Source: Flaccisagitta enflata (lineage: Eukaryota). From it: DNA of 64,000 bases. The stretch lies in NCBI GenBank assembly GCA_965153355.1, contig OZ231126.1, positions 43,338,001-43,402,000 on the forward strand, given 5' to 3'. Below the pieces are notes generated by a model. That model saw only the letters and a program-made list of their open reading frames with translations. It had not been told where the DNA came from and made no database searches. This document shows, piece after piece, positions 1 through 11,510 of the stretch. The position numbers and the translations under genes are program-made. The stretch's first letter is position 1, and each line of letters opens with the position of its first letter.

Positions 1-138
1 CGCAAATATAGATCCAGGATGAACCTCACCAGTTGCGGGAATCCGTTGCCATACTGCCCTGTCTCCAAGTTTGAGTGGAGGCGAGAATAAGTAAAGGAAG
101 CCGGTAGGAGTGACGAGATAGCGTCCATCTTTTTGTAC
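1..138 (-). CDS. Putative internal coding exon, Kelch-repeat-like (runs off the window edge)
   Basis: Minus-strand acceptor ctttcag at 139-145. Phase-0 frame reads VQKDGRYLVTPTGFLYLFSPPLKLGDRAVWQRIPATGEVHPGSIFA. Joined to exon 1114-1262 it gives LVLWGG...LYLF...W...TGE.P, resembling KLHDC1/2-type Kelch blades. Confidence 0.6.
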
Positions 139-150
139 CTGAAAGTTTGA

Positions 151-786
151 ATAGCAGCCCAAAGGCAGTAAGTGGTCAGCGGTACCAGTGCCCTGCTTGG
201 GAAATGTTTGATTTAGTCTGAGGGGGAGCAGGGCAGCGGCCCCAAAGGGTACAAAGTTCTGTAGAATACAGGGGGAATCTGTCCGTCCATCCACCCATCC
301 GTTTGTCCCCCCTACCTCATCCTCAGGGCTTTGTCTCCATTGAGGCCTATTCTGACCCAAATTCTGCCAAATAGCTCAAATCCAAGCAATGTGGCCCAAA
401 TCTAAGCAAAATGGCCCAAATCCAAGCAAAATGGCCAAAGTCTGGTCAGAATTTGGGCATCAGAGGCCACAATATAAGTCAGATAAGGGGTCAAAATAGT
501 GGACCTCAGGCTTGAATTTGGGTTTTCTAGCCAGATTTTGGCCATTTTGCTTGGATTTGAGCCATTATGTTTAGATTTGGGCCATTTTGCTTAGATTTGG
601 GCCATAGTGCTTGGATTTGGGCCACTTGGCAGAATTTGGGTCAGAATAGGCTCCAAAGGAGACAAAGCTCTGAGGATGGGGCGGGGGGGGGGGGGGAGAC
701 GGATGTATGGACAGACGGACGTACATATGGACGGACAGATTCTCCCTGTGTTCTACAGGACTTCGTCCCCTTCGGGGCCGCTGCCC
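151..786 (-). mobile_element. HINE-like non-autonomous element, family B, with internal foldback
   Basis: Family-B end tttttgggcagcggccccgaaggggacgaagtcctgtagaacac (minus, at 786), inverted copy of it at ~230-300, hairpin-type terminal segment at 151-200; ~321-445 and ~531-676 are reverse complements built from ~20-bp units. Confidence 0.7.
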
Positions 787-1113
787 AAAAATGGCGCCGT
801 CTTGGATACATGATAATATCAGGATTATCGCCCTATCACGATCAGCCCAATTACTTTTTTCCTCAAGACCTCGACATTTTTTATCGCACGTACGCGACTC
901 TGGATGTTACTAGGAAAGATGGTAACACAACCGAACCCCCAACCCATTAAAGGATGAGAGCCTTTGAAGCTCTCTATGGTGTTTAATCCGAACCCATCAC
1001 AACTATCCTTCAATTTTCCTAAAAGAAAATTACACTGAGAATTATCAAAGGATCCTACAAAAATTATTTCACATTTAAAACAGCATTGCCCTCAGTCCTC
1101 AGTATATTTGTAC

Positions 1114-1262
1114 CTGACCACCGCCCCAGAGGACGAGTCGATTGCCAATGACTCCGCCGACGAAACCACTTCCGACTGGAAAGCTATGACATGCGCTATA
1201 CCAGTTATCCGCAAGTCTTGGCCGTAAATTGAAGAGTTGCTGACGTGGCGGGGCTGATTTGC
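1114..1262 (-). CDS. Putative coding exon, Kelch-repeat-like
   Basis: Acceptor (ct)n-caatctag at 1263, donor CAG|gtacaa at 1113; 149 nt, phase 1 to 0; reads [49 protein letters not shown]. Confidence 0.6.
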
Positions 1263-1266
1263 CTAG

Positions 1267-1380
<114 letters not shown>

Positions 1381-1770
1381 TTACTCTATGGATGGAGTGT
1401 GGATGGGGATATCTTGTCTTTTGGATGGAATCCATGGATACTTATGTATTTCGGTCTAGTCACTAAATTGCGAATCCTTCTTTGAAAAATGAGCTAGTCA
1501 AATTTCATTTCATTGAAGTGCTACTTCCCAATTCAGTGCAATCCAAAGCTACTGGTATTCCTACATAATAAGAATCTAAAATAACTCATAGTTTCTTTTT
1601 GGTCTGTAACAATCAAATCCTTTCCCTTTTAAAGTATTGTAAAAATGTATATTGATTTCCAAGATCCTCATGATATACATGATCATAGTGTAGATTTTAT
1701 TGATTCCACTATTTTACAAAAATATTTCCACAATGTTCCAAAGATGTTTTGATTTTGATACTAAATAATA

Positions 1771-2400
1771 CAGTTGAATCCCGCTCTAACAGATTTCAGG
1801 CAACCAACAAATTGTATTTGTTATCGGAGGAATTTTATTACAAAAAACTGATGTTTTGGGACAGTTTCTGAGGGTAAGATATGCTATCAGTATGATTTTC
1901 ATTGATGTACTCAAAAAAACATGCATTAGAGGCGAAAAACGAGAAACCGCAATATGCAAACAAGATCAAGTGCAAACTTTCTAAAATAGCGCAAAAATTG
2001 TGTAGAAACACCAAAAATTGAATCAACACAGTGCAAATGATCAGCATACATCAATATCAGTCAGAATTAACCAAAAAACATGAAAAAAAGAGTTTTTTTT
2101 TTAGTAAAAAACACAATTTTCTACATAAAAAAATGTTTCTAATTTTTTTGGCTCAAGTTAGGTCAAAATGAATATCAGAATCGTGTTCTACAGCCTTTTT
2201 AGGTCCCCTGTGCAAAAAAAACTGTGATGTGTCCATCTTTTTTTTTTCAAAACCCTTAAAATTGAGATATTCTATAACCAGAATCCTGACCGACAGCCAA
2301 TATATGAAATAAAAAAAAATTGATTGAAGGAACCAAAGATAGTTGTCTGTTACAGACAGAATTCCCTTAGGAGAGGGTCCGTTAGAGTGGGGTTCAATTG
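1771..2400. mobile_element. TA-flanked MITE (CAGTnGAAnCCCGC TIR, Tc1/mariner-pogo type) with ~450 bp internal insertion
   Basis: TA|cagttgaatcccgctctaac ... gttagagtggggttcaattg|TA; both ends align with the ~175 bp copy at 26257-26430. Confidence 0.7.
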
Positions 2401-2474
2401 TATTCTTATCTAGAGTGCATGTTATTGATTTTTTCAAGTAGAGTCTTTTTTTTTAGATAAATAGTGATACTCAC

Positions 2475-3330
2475 GAAATGGATAAATCGAAAGGAATTTT
2501 GCCGCGTTTGGATAGGGCAATTGAAGCGTTTTCATGAAGACGTTGCTGGCGAAGTGCTGACAGTTGGAATCGGCCAAATGATAGCTCTCAAAAAGCTGAT
2601 TATCCCTATGAATCCACTTGATGATATCGAAAAGAGACGTATCCTGATCGTCAATCGAAATATCGGCGACTATCCTGAGGGAGTCCAAGTAGCTCCGCTC
2701 CTCTCCATCTCTTAGGCGCCAAATGACCGGAGATCCGAAGCCAGTTTTGTTTGAAGGGGGACAAGACTGGATGAGGATGAAGGTAAGACCCTTTTCCAAG
2801 GTTAAATGAAATCCTAGCTGAGTCTCGATGTCAATAAAATGATGCGTTACCGACTTGCTAAGAAAGGGTATCTTGCTTAGCACGTTGAGGGGAATTGTGA
2901 AGACTTTGACACGGGCGATTTTATCGAAAAGTGGAGAGGATTGATTGATGGTACATAGGGCGTTGGCCTCGTCCCCTACAACGGCTTCCAAGTCACAGAA
3001 TTCGAAGCGATTTACCAAAGTGTTATTTTTGTACTGAGTGTAAACGAGTTTTGATTGCCAGCCGTCACCGGCGATGGCGCTGCGTGACGCCGAAGATCCC
3101 CGGATGCTTTTGACGAAACGCTTGAGTCCCCAGAAACCGACGACGAGATTCGTGGCGATTGAGCACGCTCCGACGAGAAACCAGACTTTCCCCACGCGGA
3201 AGCCGTCCAATTTAGCGGCAATGGCCTGACTTCCAGCCCGAATTTTTTCTAACAGTATAATGCTTTCTTCAAGCCGAATTCTCTCTGCCAGACGAATTCT
3301 TTCCGTGTACCATCTCATGAATAGTCCCAT
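2475..3330 (-). CDS. Membrane-anchored permuted papain-fold (PPPDE/LRAT-like NlpC/P60) protein, first coding exon; unspliced ORF continues to 2434
   Basis: 298-aa ORF with hydrophobic segment VWFLVGACSIATNLVVGFWGL followed by KR, His motif HHFIDIET...LTLEK, and YHLADSNCQHFA; phase-1 donor C|GTGAGT at 2475/2474. Confidence 0.8.
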
Positions 3331-3518
3331 TTCATCATGGGAAATCTGGGCATTGAGATGGAAAATTTCCGTTTCAGATTCTTTCTTTAATTCATATTTA
3401 CCATCAATGGATCAATCGTTATTTGGCAGCACGAGGAAACTCAGTGAGCGACAGAGAATTAGTCGATTCAAATCTTTTGCGATGAGACAGTCATTTCTTC
3501 ACGTATCTATATCTTTGC

Positions 3519-3578
<60 letters not shown>

Positions 3579-3700
3579 GGGTCTTGCAAATCAGTTTCGA
3601 TATAAAAGTTGCATGACCTTCTTGATCAAAGATTTATAGAAGCCTTCAGGAACTTATCCTAAACCGAATCAACTACTTGAAGTTGGAGGTGTGAATGACT

Positions 3701-4985
3701 AAACAAGGCCGGATACACGGCTACCCCAGTCGCGTGAGGGTGGGCAGGGGCTGTATTTGAGGTCACTTGATCATTTGGGCAGAAGCAGGCCAAAGTCCGC
3801 AAAAAAGTAAAACAGGTAGCCCAAGGGCAATATGTGGTCAGCGATACCCGTTGCCCTGCTTTGAATGATTGTAAATTGGAGTGAGAGGAAGCAGGGCAGC
3901 GGCCCCAAAGGGACAATGTCCTGTAGAACACAGGGGGACTTTCGTTCATCCATCCATCCATCTGTCCGTCCGTTTCCCCCCAGGCAGATTTAAGGCTTGA
4001 ACAGGTCGCCCAAGGGCAATATGTGGTCAGCGATACCCGTTGCCCTGCTTTGAGTGATTGTGAATTGGAGTGAGGGGAAGCAGGGCAGCGGTCCCGAAGG
4101 GGACAAAGTCCTGTAGAACACAGGGGGACTTTCATTCGTCCTGCCTGAAGAAGTGGATGAGATGCTATAGACGGCTTACTGAAGGCCTTCAAAAGCCTAA
4201 ACTGAGGTCTACGAAGGCTGATGAAAGGCCCCAGAATGCCAATCGGAAGCTTGAGAGGGCTGACTTGGGTTTGATAGAGCTGGATTAAGGCTTGAAAGGT
4301 CAAAGGACTGATTTGAAGCTTGAGAGCAATAAATTGAGGCTTAGATAGCCGATTTGAGGCCTGAGAGGCCTAATTTGAGGCCTAGGAGGCCAGGTTTGAG
4401 GCCTGAGAATTTGGATTTGAGGCCTGAGAGGCCAGTTCCGAGCCCTGAGAGGTTGGATTTGGGGCCTGAGAGGCCGGATTTGAGGCCTGAGAGGCAAGAT
4501 TTGAGGCCTTAGAGGCTGGATTTGAGGCCTGGGAAGCCAGATTTGAGGTCTCAGAGGCCAGATTTGAGGCCTGAGGGGCCTGATGAAGGGGGGACTAACG
4601 AACGGACGAACAGACGGACGAACGAAAGTCCCCCTGTGTTCTACAGGACTTCGTCCCCTTCGGGGCCGCTGCCCAAAAGGCAGATTTCAGGCCTGAGAAG
4701 GCAGATTTCAGGCCTGACAGGGCAGATTTTAGGCCTGCGAGGGTAGATTTTAGGCCCAATAGGGCAGATTTCAGGCCTGTTAGGGCAGATTTCAGGCCTG
4801 AGAGGGCCTGGGGGGGGGGCCGACAGACGGCCGGACAAACGAACGAATGAACGAAATTCCCCCTGTGTTCTACAGTACTTCGTCCCCTTTGGAGCCGCTG
4901 CCCAAAAAGTAAAGTTTGACGGACGGATCAATGGACGGACGGAGCAGCTAAGCGGGGTGTAGAATCGCGTAGCACGCAACTAAAA
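3701..4985 (-). mobile_element. Nested HINEs: family A interrupted by family B (~3811-4907), itself interrupted by a second family-B copy (~4000-4677)
   Basis: Family-A halves at 3701-3810 and 4908-4985. Family-B termini each occur twice in nested order, with 21-bp ggcagatttcaggcctgagag-type units resuming after the inner copy. Confidence 0.75.
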
Positions 4986-5436
4986 AGTATTTCAGAAATG
5001 CTGCATTGACTCTGTGAGATAAGGATTGCAAGAGGGGTGGGCAGGAGCGAAATAGCGAAAAAACGCTAACATTTTGTTTTGGTCTGAATGTAGAGCCATG
5101 TTATGTGCACTTAAATACACAAATGAGGGAGCGATGTAAAAATCAGTAGTTAATCATAAGTTAATCACTAATCAGCGGTTAATCATAATCATAATCATAA
5201 TCGAAGTCAGGTCCCGTCGCAGCCAAAATGAAACAAGCTATTGAAACCTGACCAAGTATTTTTCAGGTTGCAAGCAAGCCAAAAAGAAAACAAGAGTGGA
5301 CATTCACCACTGTCATCAAACCGAGACCTGTTGAAAAAAGTCAATCGAAAAATACCAAAGAAGTCGAAGAAAGGACGTTTGCATTCACAGGAAATGGAAG
5401 AGTAATCACGATCGACTGGTGGCCAAAATATAAGTA

Positions 5437-5613
5437 CAGTCGAACCCCGCTCGAGCGAACCCGCTTTTAACGGAATCCCGCCTATACCAGATATAGATTT
5501 TTGGTCCCTTCAACCTGTTTTCTTTTATTTCCCACATTGGCTGTAACAGTATTATGCTTATAATAAATACAATTTGTTGGTCCCTCGTTATCCGTTATAG
5601 CGGGGTTTATCTG
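5437..5613. mobile_element. 177-bp TA-flanked MITE
   Basis: TA|cagtcgaaccccgct ... agcggggtttatctg|TA. Confidence 0.7.
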
Positions 5614-5688
5614 TAACATCGGAAAATGATCTTTAAGTCTAGAAATAGAGACAAACTGACTTTGTGATAATTCACTCACACACACGCA

Positions 5689-5791
<103 letters not shown>

Positions 5792-5952
5792 CGACTGACG
5801 CATATACATTGAGAACCTCAGCATGGGGCATCCAACTGTGAGATAAATGATGTCAAATGACGAACAAAAGAACTAATCGAATGGTGAGTGAATGAAGAGT
5901 CATTTCGAGACGCTGACAGACAGCGGGACCCATATGGTACTCCATCACTCTT

Positions 5953-6110
5953 TTTTTAGTCGCGTGCACGCGACTCTATGACCCACTCTGTCCGTCTGTC
6001 GGTCCGTCCGTCCCTCCGTCGGTCGGTCGGTCGGTCACACTTAGCTTTTCTTAGCTTTTTCGCCGCTCCTGCCCACCCGCACGCGACTTCGGCTCGTGTA
6101 TACGGCCTTG
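5953..6110 (+). mobile_element. HINE/DINE-1-like element, family A (representative of about 20 copies, e.g. 8832, 19040, 25988, 28203, 30683, 39077, 50049, 54631, 61429)
   Basis: T-run, agtcgcgtgcacgcgact 5' hairpin/subTIR, (gtcc/gtcg)n microsatellite, 3' subTIR gcacgcgact, short hairpin and ccttgtt end. Confidence 0.75.
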
Positions 6111-6414
6111 TTCTGTTTTACATCCAAGCGGGATCCGCAGTTTTTCATTCGCAGTAACAAATTTGAACGTTCGGAATCGAAAACAATCTGTTATCAGTAA
6201 TTGAAGGTTACATAATAGAGAGGGGTAGGAGGTGGAAGTCCGTTCAAAATAAGTTTGGGAGGTGCCATATTTTTCTTGTTTTTCTTCGCTCTGGAAAATC
6301 TTTCTCTGATTTAGAAATATGGTTAAAAGAGGAAGCCATCTAAGAGAGGGCTGAGGCAATAATGGAAAAAAGAAAGAAAAGGGAGAGAAAGAGGAGGAGG
6401 ATTAAGGAAAGAGC

Positions 6415-6790
6415 AGGGTGGGGAGGACGAGGCGGGTGAGGACAAGGTGGGTGAAGACAAGGTGGGAGAGGGCAAGATGAGTGAAGACAAGGTAAGGGAG
6501 GACAAGTTGGTAGAAGGCAAGCTGAGTGAAGACAAGGTGGGGAAGGACAAGATGAGTGAGGACAAGTTGGGAGAGTACAAGGTGGCCAAGGAGAAGGTGG
6601 GTGAGTGGGAGACGCAGGAGTGGGGAAGGCAAGGTGAGTGAGGACCTGGTGGGAGAGTACAAGGTGGCTGAGGACAAGTTGGGTTAGTGGGAGACGCAGG
6701 AGTGGGGAAGACAAGGTGAGTGAGGACAGGGTGGGATTGTACTAGGTGGCTGGGGACAAGTTGGGTTAGTGGGAGACGTAGGAGTGGAAA
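6415..6790. repeat. Purine-rich degenerate 15-bp minisatellite (gaggacaaggtgggt)
   Basis: About 20 degenerate units, with higher-order repeats of gtgggagacgcaggagtgg. Confidence 0.8.
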
Positions 6791-8103
6791 GGGCTCGGAA
6801 ACGACGAGGCTGATGATGATGATAATGATGATAATGACTACCTCGTTATGAGAAGGTGAGAGGGCGGATGGGCGTCAACGCGGGTCGAGGAGGCGTGAAC
6901 AGGCAAATCCCGCGAATCCCGGTTTACAAAAGGCAGTTGTTCACCGGAAATGCTCTTTCCATTTCCTCTACCGCGCGTCTGATCGCGTTTGGGCGGGTAC
7001 AACCACAACAAGAGAAAAAACAAGAGAGAAAAAAAAAAGAAAAAATAGTCGCAAAAGCGTCAGATGGTCAGCGGTACCCGTTGCCCCTAAGTTAGTGAAT
7101 GTTAGATGTGAAGGTGAGAGGGGCAGCGGCCCCGAAGGAACCAATGACCTATGCTTGGCGAGAATATGAGGACTGAGGCGGGATTTTAGCCCTAAGGAAG
7201 GGATTTGAGCCATGAGGTTGGAATTGGAGCTGTGGTGCTGGGGTTGGAGCCTCAGAGCTGGGGTTGGAGCCTTGAGGCTGATATTGGAGCTCCAAAGCTG
7301 GTATTGGAGCCTTGGGCTGGTATTGGAGCCTCAAAGATGGGATTGTAGTCTCAAGGCTGGGATTGGAACCTCAAGGCTGAGATTGGAGCCTAGAGTCTGG
7401 GATTTGAATCTCGAGGCTGGGATTGGAGCCTGGAGGCTGGGATTGGAGTCTTGATGCAGGGATTGGAGCCTTGATGCAGGGATTGTGGCCATGAGGCTTG
7501 GATATGAGGCCTATGGCTGGGATTTGAGCTGGAGGTTGAAATATAGGCTTTGAAGTCGGGGGGGGGGACGGAGAAGAAGGAGAAGATGGAGAAGGAGGAG
7601 GAGGAGCTGGCCCGGATCAACCTTACGCGAGGCCCGAGGCTACTGTTGCCGCGAGGCCCCTGAAAAAGACTTACAGTTTTAATAAGGCCTACATGGCGAC
7701 TGAGTAGTTGTTTATAGGTGGGCAGGGGCAGTGATGGAGGTGGGCAGGTCAGTATGAGTGGGCTTGGGCTGTATTGTGGCAGGGCAGGGACAGTTATGCT
7801 CAGAAATGGCTTTTCCAGCCTATTCACGTCATCTTAAGTTGTGCGTTCCAGATAGATAGACAGACCTGCTAAGGGACACTCTCTTATATAGTCGCTTAGC
7901 AAGCAACTTAAAAACTATAAAATCAGTGACTATTTGAAAGATATTCAAACAAATCTTCAAGAAAAGATCAGGGAGGAAATCATAATTCTATTGGTATAAT
8001 AGTCGCAAAAGCTTTAGATTGTCAGCGGTACCTGTGCCCTGCCTACATTGTTTGGGCTTGAAGTTGAAGGGGGAGCAGGGCAGAGGCCCTGAAGGGGTCA
8101 ATG

Positions 8104-8425
8104 CAGGCCTGTATATTGTTCTACATTCCCCCCCCCCGGTGGGGGGGAGGGAAATAAAGGGTTTAGAGATGGGGGAAAAAATAGAAGGGGGAAAAAAGAG
8201 AAAAAAAGAAAATTTGGGGAAAATAAAACTTTTGACAGTACCAAATCATAAAAAATGATTAGTAAAACACAATTTAACACTATTTAAACCTTAAAAACAC
8301 TGTTTTGTTGCTATATGGGGAAGAAAATCATAGATTTTCTATCGCGATGTGACGCGTTGCGGGGAAGAGAATAAAAAGCAGGGGGGAGAAACTAATCAAA
8401 GATCATAGAACTATATACATCCCTG
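8104..8425. mobile_element. hAT-type MITE
   Basis: TIR caggcctgtatattgttcta / tagaactatatacatccctg; 8-bp TSD GGTCAATG; second copy at ~46207-46525. Confidence 0.8.
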
Positions 8426-9445
8426 GGTCAATGACTTATAATTTCACACATATGGAATTTTCTCCTCCTCCTCCTCCTCCTTCTCCTCCTCCTCCTCCTC
8501 CTCCATCCCCCTCAAATCTTAGTCTCGAGGCTTGAATTCCATTCTTGAGGCCCAGATCCCAGTTTCAAGGGCCAAATTCCAGTTTTGATGTCCAAATCCT
8601 AGCCTCAAGGCCCAAATCCTAGCCTGGAGGCTGGGTCCTTGCCCTCTAAGCTGGAATTTGGGCCATGAAACGGGGATTTGAGGGGGGACGAAGAAGGAGG
8701 GGAAGGAGGAGGAGGAGGAGAAAATTCCCCACATGTGTGAAAGCACAGGTCATCGACTCCTTCGGAGCTGCTGCCCAAAAAAGACATCTCAACAAGGTTG
8801 ATATCCCTTCTTCCTCCCTAGTTAAATGGTATTTTTAGGCGCGGACACGCGACTCTACACCTTGCTGAGTCGGTTGGTAGGTCGGCAGGTTGTTTGGTAG
8901 GTCACATTTTTGAATTCCAAGCGGTTTTTGCATTACCGCTCCTGCCCAACCGTCCGCGACTGGATTGCCGTGTATCCGGCCTAGTTTTAAGATCCCAAAA
9001 AATCCATGAAAAAAAAATGATTTTTTTTTGCTTAATTAGGCTGTTGTTAAAAAAACACATCATGATAACTAAAATTACTTTTTCCTGCAACTGGGTTTTT
9101 GTATGTAAACCAATAAACTTTCAGGCCAACTAGGGATGTGTAAGTGGTCAATTTTCATGCTGCTTCCACTTCTTCTGTTTCCACTTCAGCTTCTGTTTTT
9201 ATTTTTCTACAAGTAGCTATCCCACCCATCAAAACAGAAGCAGTTAATCACTTCTTCATCCCTAATCTAACTGCTGTAAGACACCACTAAAAAGTCATGT
9301 ATCTTTTTTTAATGTTCCCAACTGCAAATTTTCCCCTATTTCTTTCATCAGTTTATATTCATAACCTAATGATGGGGGAGCTTTTCTTCCTCTTTTTCAT
9401 CTCCCTCCTCCTTCTTCTTCTTCTTCTTCTTCTTCTTCTTCTTCT

Positions 9446-10129
9446 TTTTGGGCAGCGGCCCCAAAGGGGACAAAGTCCTGTAGAACACAGGGGGACTTTC
9501 GTTCGTCCGTCCGTCCGTCCGTTCGTTCGTCCGTGCGTCCCCCCCTCAGGCCCCTCAGGCCTCAAATCTGCCCTCTCAGGCCTCAAATCTGGCCTCTCAG
9601 GCTTCAAATCTCGCCTTTCAGGCCTCAAATTTTGCCTCTCAGGCCTCAAATTCAACCTCTCAGGCCTCAAATCTGGCCTCTCAAGGCTCAAATTAGGCCT
9701 CTTAGACCTCAAATCTAAATTCTCAGGCCTCAAACCTGGCCTCTCAGGCCTCAAATTAGGCCTCTCAGGCTTCAAATCAGCAATCTAACCCTCAATTTAT
9801 TGCTCTCAGGCTTCAAATCAGTCCTCTGATTTCAAGCTTTGATCCAGCTCTCCCAAGCCTCAAGTCAGCCCTCTCAAGCTTCCAATTGGCATTCTTAGGC
9901 CTTAAATCAACCTTCTTAGACCTCAGTTTAGGCTCTTGAAGGCCTTTGGTCAGCCCTCTATAGCATCTCATCCCCTTTCTCAGGCAGGACGAACGAAAGC
10001 CCCCCTGTGTTCTACAGGACTTCGTCCCCTTCGGGGCCGCTGCCCTGCTTCCCCCTCCCTCCAATTCACAATCACTCAAAGCAGGGCAACGGGTATCGTT
10101 GACCACATATTGCCCTTGGGCGACCTGTT
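9446..10129 (+). mobile_element. HINE-like element, family B, with 21-bp tandem array
   Basis: ~60-bp inverted repeat pair, (aggcctcaaatctggcctctc)n interior, ends ttgcccttgggcgacctgtt. Confidence 0.75.
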
Positions 10130-10560
10130 CTTCTTCTTTTTCTTCTTCCTTTCGTTCTTCTCCTTCTTGCTCTCTCTTCCCCCCTTCTTTTTTTCCCTTT
10201 TTTTTTCTCTACCCTTTTCCCCTCAAAGCGCGAGGCCCCCTGAAGCGCGAGGCCTAAGGCTAAGCCTTTTTAGCCTATTGGTTGATCCAGGCCAGAGGAG
10301 GAGACAGTTTCCCATATGTGTGAAAGCATAGGTCATCGGCCCCTTCAGGGCCGCTGCCCGCAAACTAGTCATTCACGGATCGCACTTGGTCAGCGGTACC
10401 CGATGCCCTCCTGGAAGTGAAAGTTGAGTAAGCGGGGCAGCGGCCCCGAAGAGCCAGTGTCCTGTAGGACACAGGGATGAGTTTCCATTTTATCAAATGG
10501 GAATTTTTGGGGGATTTGCCTCTTGTGTCCTACAAGTCATCGGCCCTTTGGGGCCGCTGC

Positions 10561-10634
<74 letters not shown>

Positions 10635-11510
10635 TAAGGAAGGAAGGAAGGAAGGAAGGAAGGAAGGAAGGAAGGAAGGAAGGAAGGAAGGAAGGAAAGA
10701 AAGAAGGAAGGAAGGCAGGAGGAAGGCAGGAGGGAAGAAAGGAAGGAAGGAAGTAAACGTTGAGCTCCAACCTTCACGAAAAAAAGAAAACATCTCGCTT
10801 TTTCTGTCGTAGATATTCAGCTAATTTTAGCCCCATTTTCTAAGTAAAATCCTTATCTTTTCTAGCTTGTATTTTGTAACAGGAATGTAAAAAATGTCTC
10901 AGCATTAATTTGCGCAAATATCTATACTTTTTTCTAGGCTAGAGAAGCTTTTTTCTGATGAAAGAAGTTTCATTTGAGTGTTACACCATCACGCGGATAA
11001 AAAAGACGCACTTTTAAATGGCTAATTTTACCAATAAATCTATGAAGAACTAATTGAAATCTTAGACCACATGAAAGCTCTTTGAAGGTACTTTTATTTG
11101 GCTCCAATCTTGTATTGCTATCTTTTTTTCTTTTAGAAATAAGATAAATGAAGTGCGTATATTTTGCAATCCCTATGTAAAGATACATTGTAGCTAAGTG
11201 GTTCTTGTCTTTGCAGGGCTCTAGCCTCTTAACCGTTTGTGCGTGTGTGTCTTCAATGAAATGTGTTTATCACTGAAATGTAATGTAATGTCTCAAAAAA
11301 AAAAAAAGATAACAAAAAATCAATGTTTTATTCTTTTAGTTCTGGAACTGGTATCGTTGATCTTCATTCTCAATGCAGTGTTCACACTTGTACTGGTTCA
11401 AACCCTTACTCTTAGTCAAAAATAAGCTACTGAACACTTTTTGACGGTCTCAACCAAGAATACGGTAGACGGTCGTGAAGTTTTTGATGCTTTGGATGCT
11501 TATAAGCTTA

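Larger units (their letters stand above)
7607..10295. mobile_element. Non-autonomous hAT-type element carrying nested insertions
   Basis: TIR ctggcccggatcaacc / ggttgatccaggccag; 8-bp TSD AGGAGGAG at 7599-7606 and 10296-10303; subterminal cgcgaggcc motifs at both ends. Confidence 0.75.
7048..10360 (-). mobile_element. HINE-like element, family C (gggcagcggccc ends, ~21-bp ggctgggattggagcct units), split by a hAT insertion
   Basis: Left part 7048-7606, right part 10296-10360. Related copies at ~7999-8780 and ~55283-55802. Confidence 0.6.

Noticed and set aside
1385-1435. ATG exon MDSIQK... spliced in phase 0 to the 1262 exon
   Set aside because: It gives an open but motif-less frame, and the Kelch-like frame needs a phase-1 donor. 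Not excluded without transcripts.
4320-4800. Regular short repeats resembling a CRISPR array
   Set aside because: Head-to-tail units without unique spacers, eukaryotic context, no cas genes.
9297-9788. ORFs with RPERPDL/SGLK repeats (also 4300-4979 and 16765-17248)
   Set aside because: Read-through of the 21-bp tandem array in a dispersed element; open in several frames on both strands.
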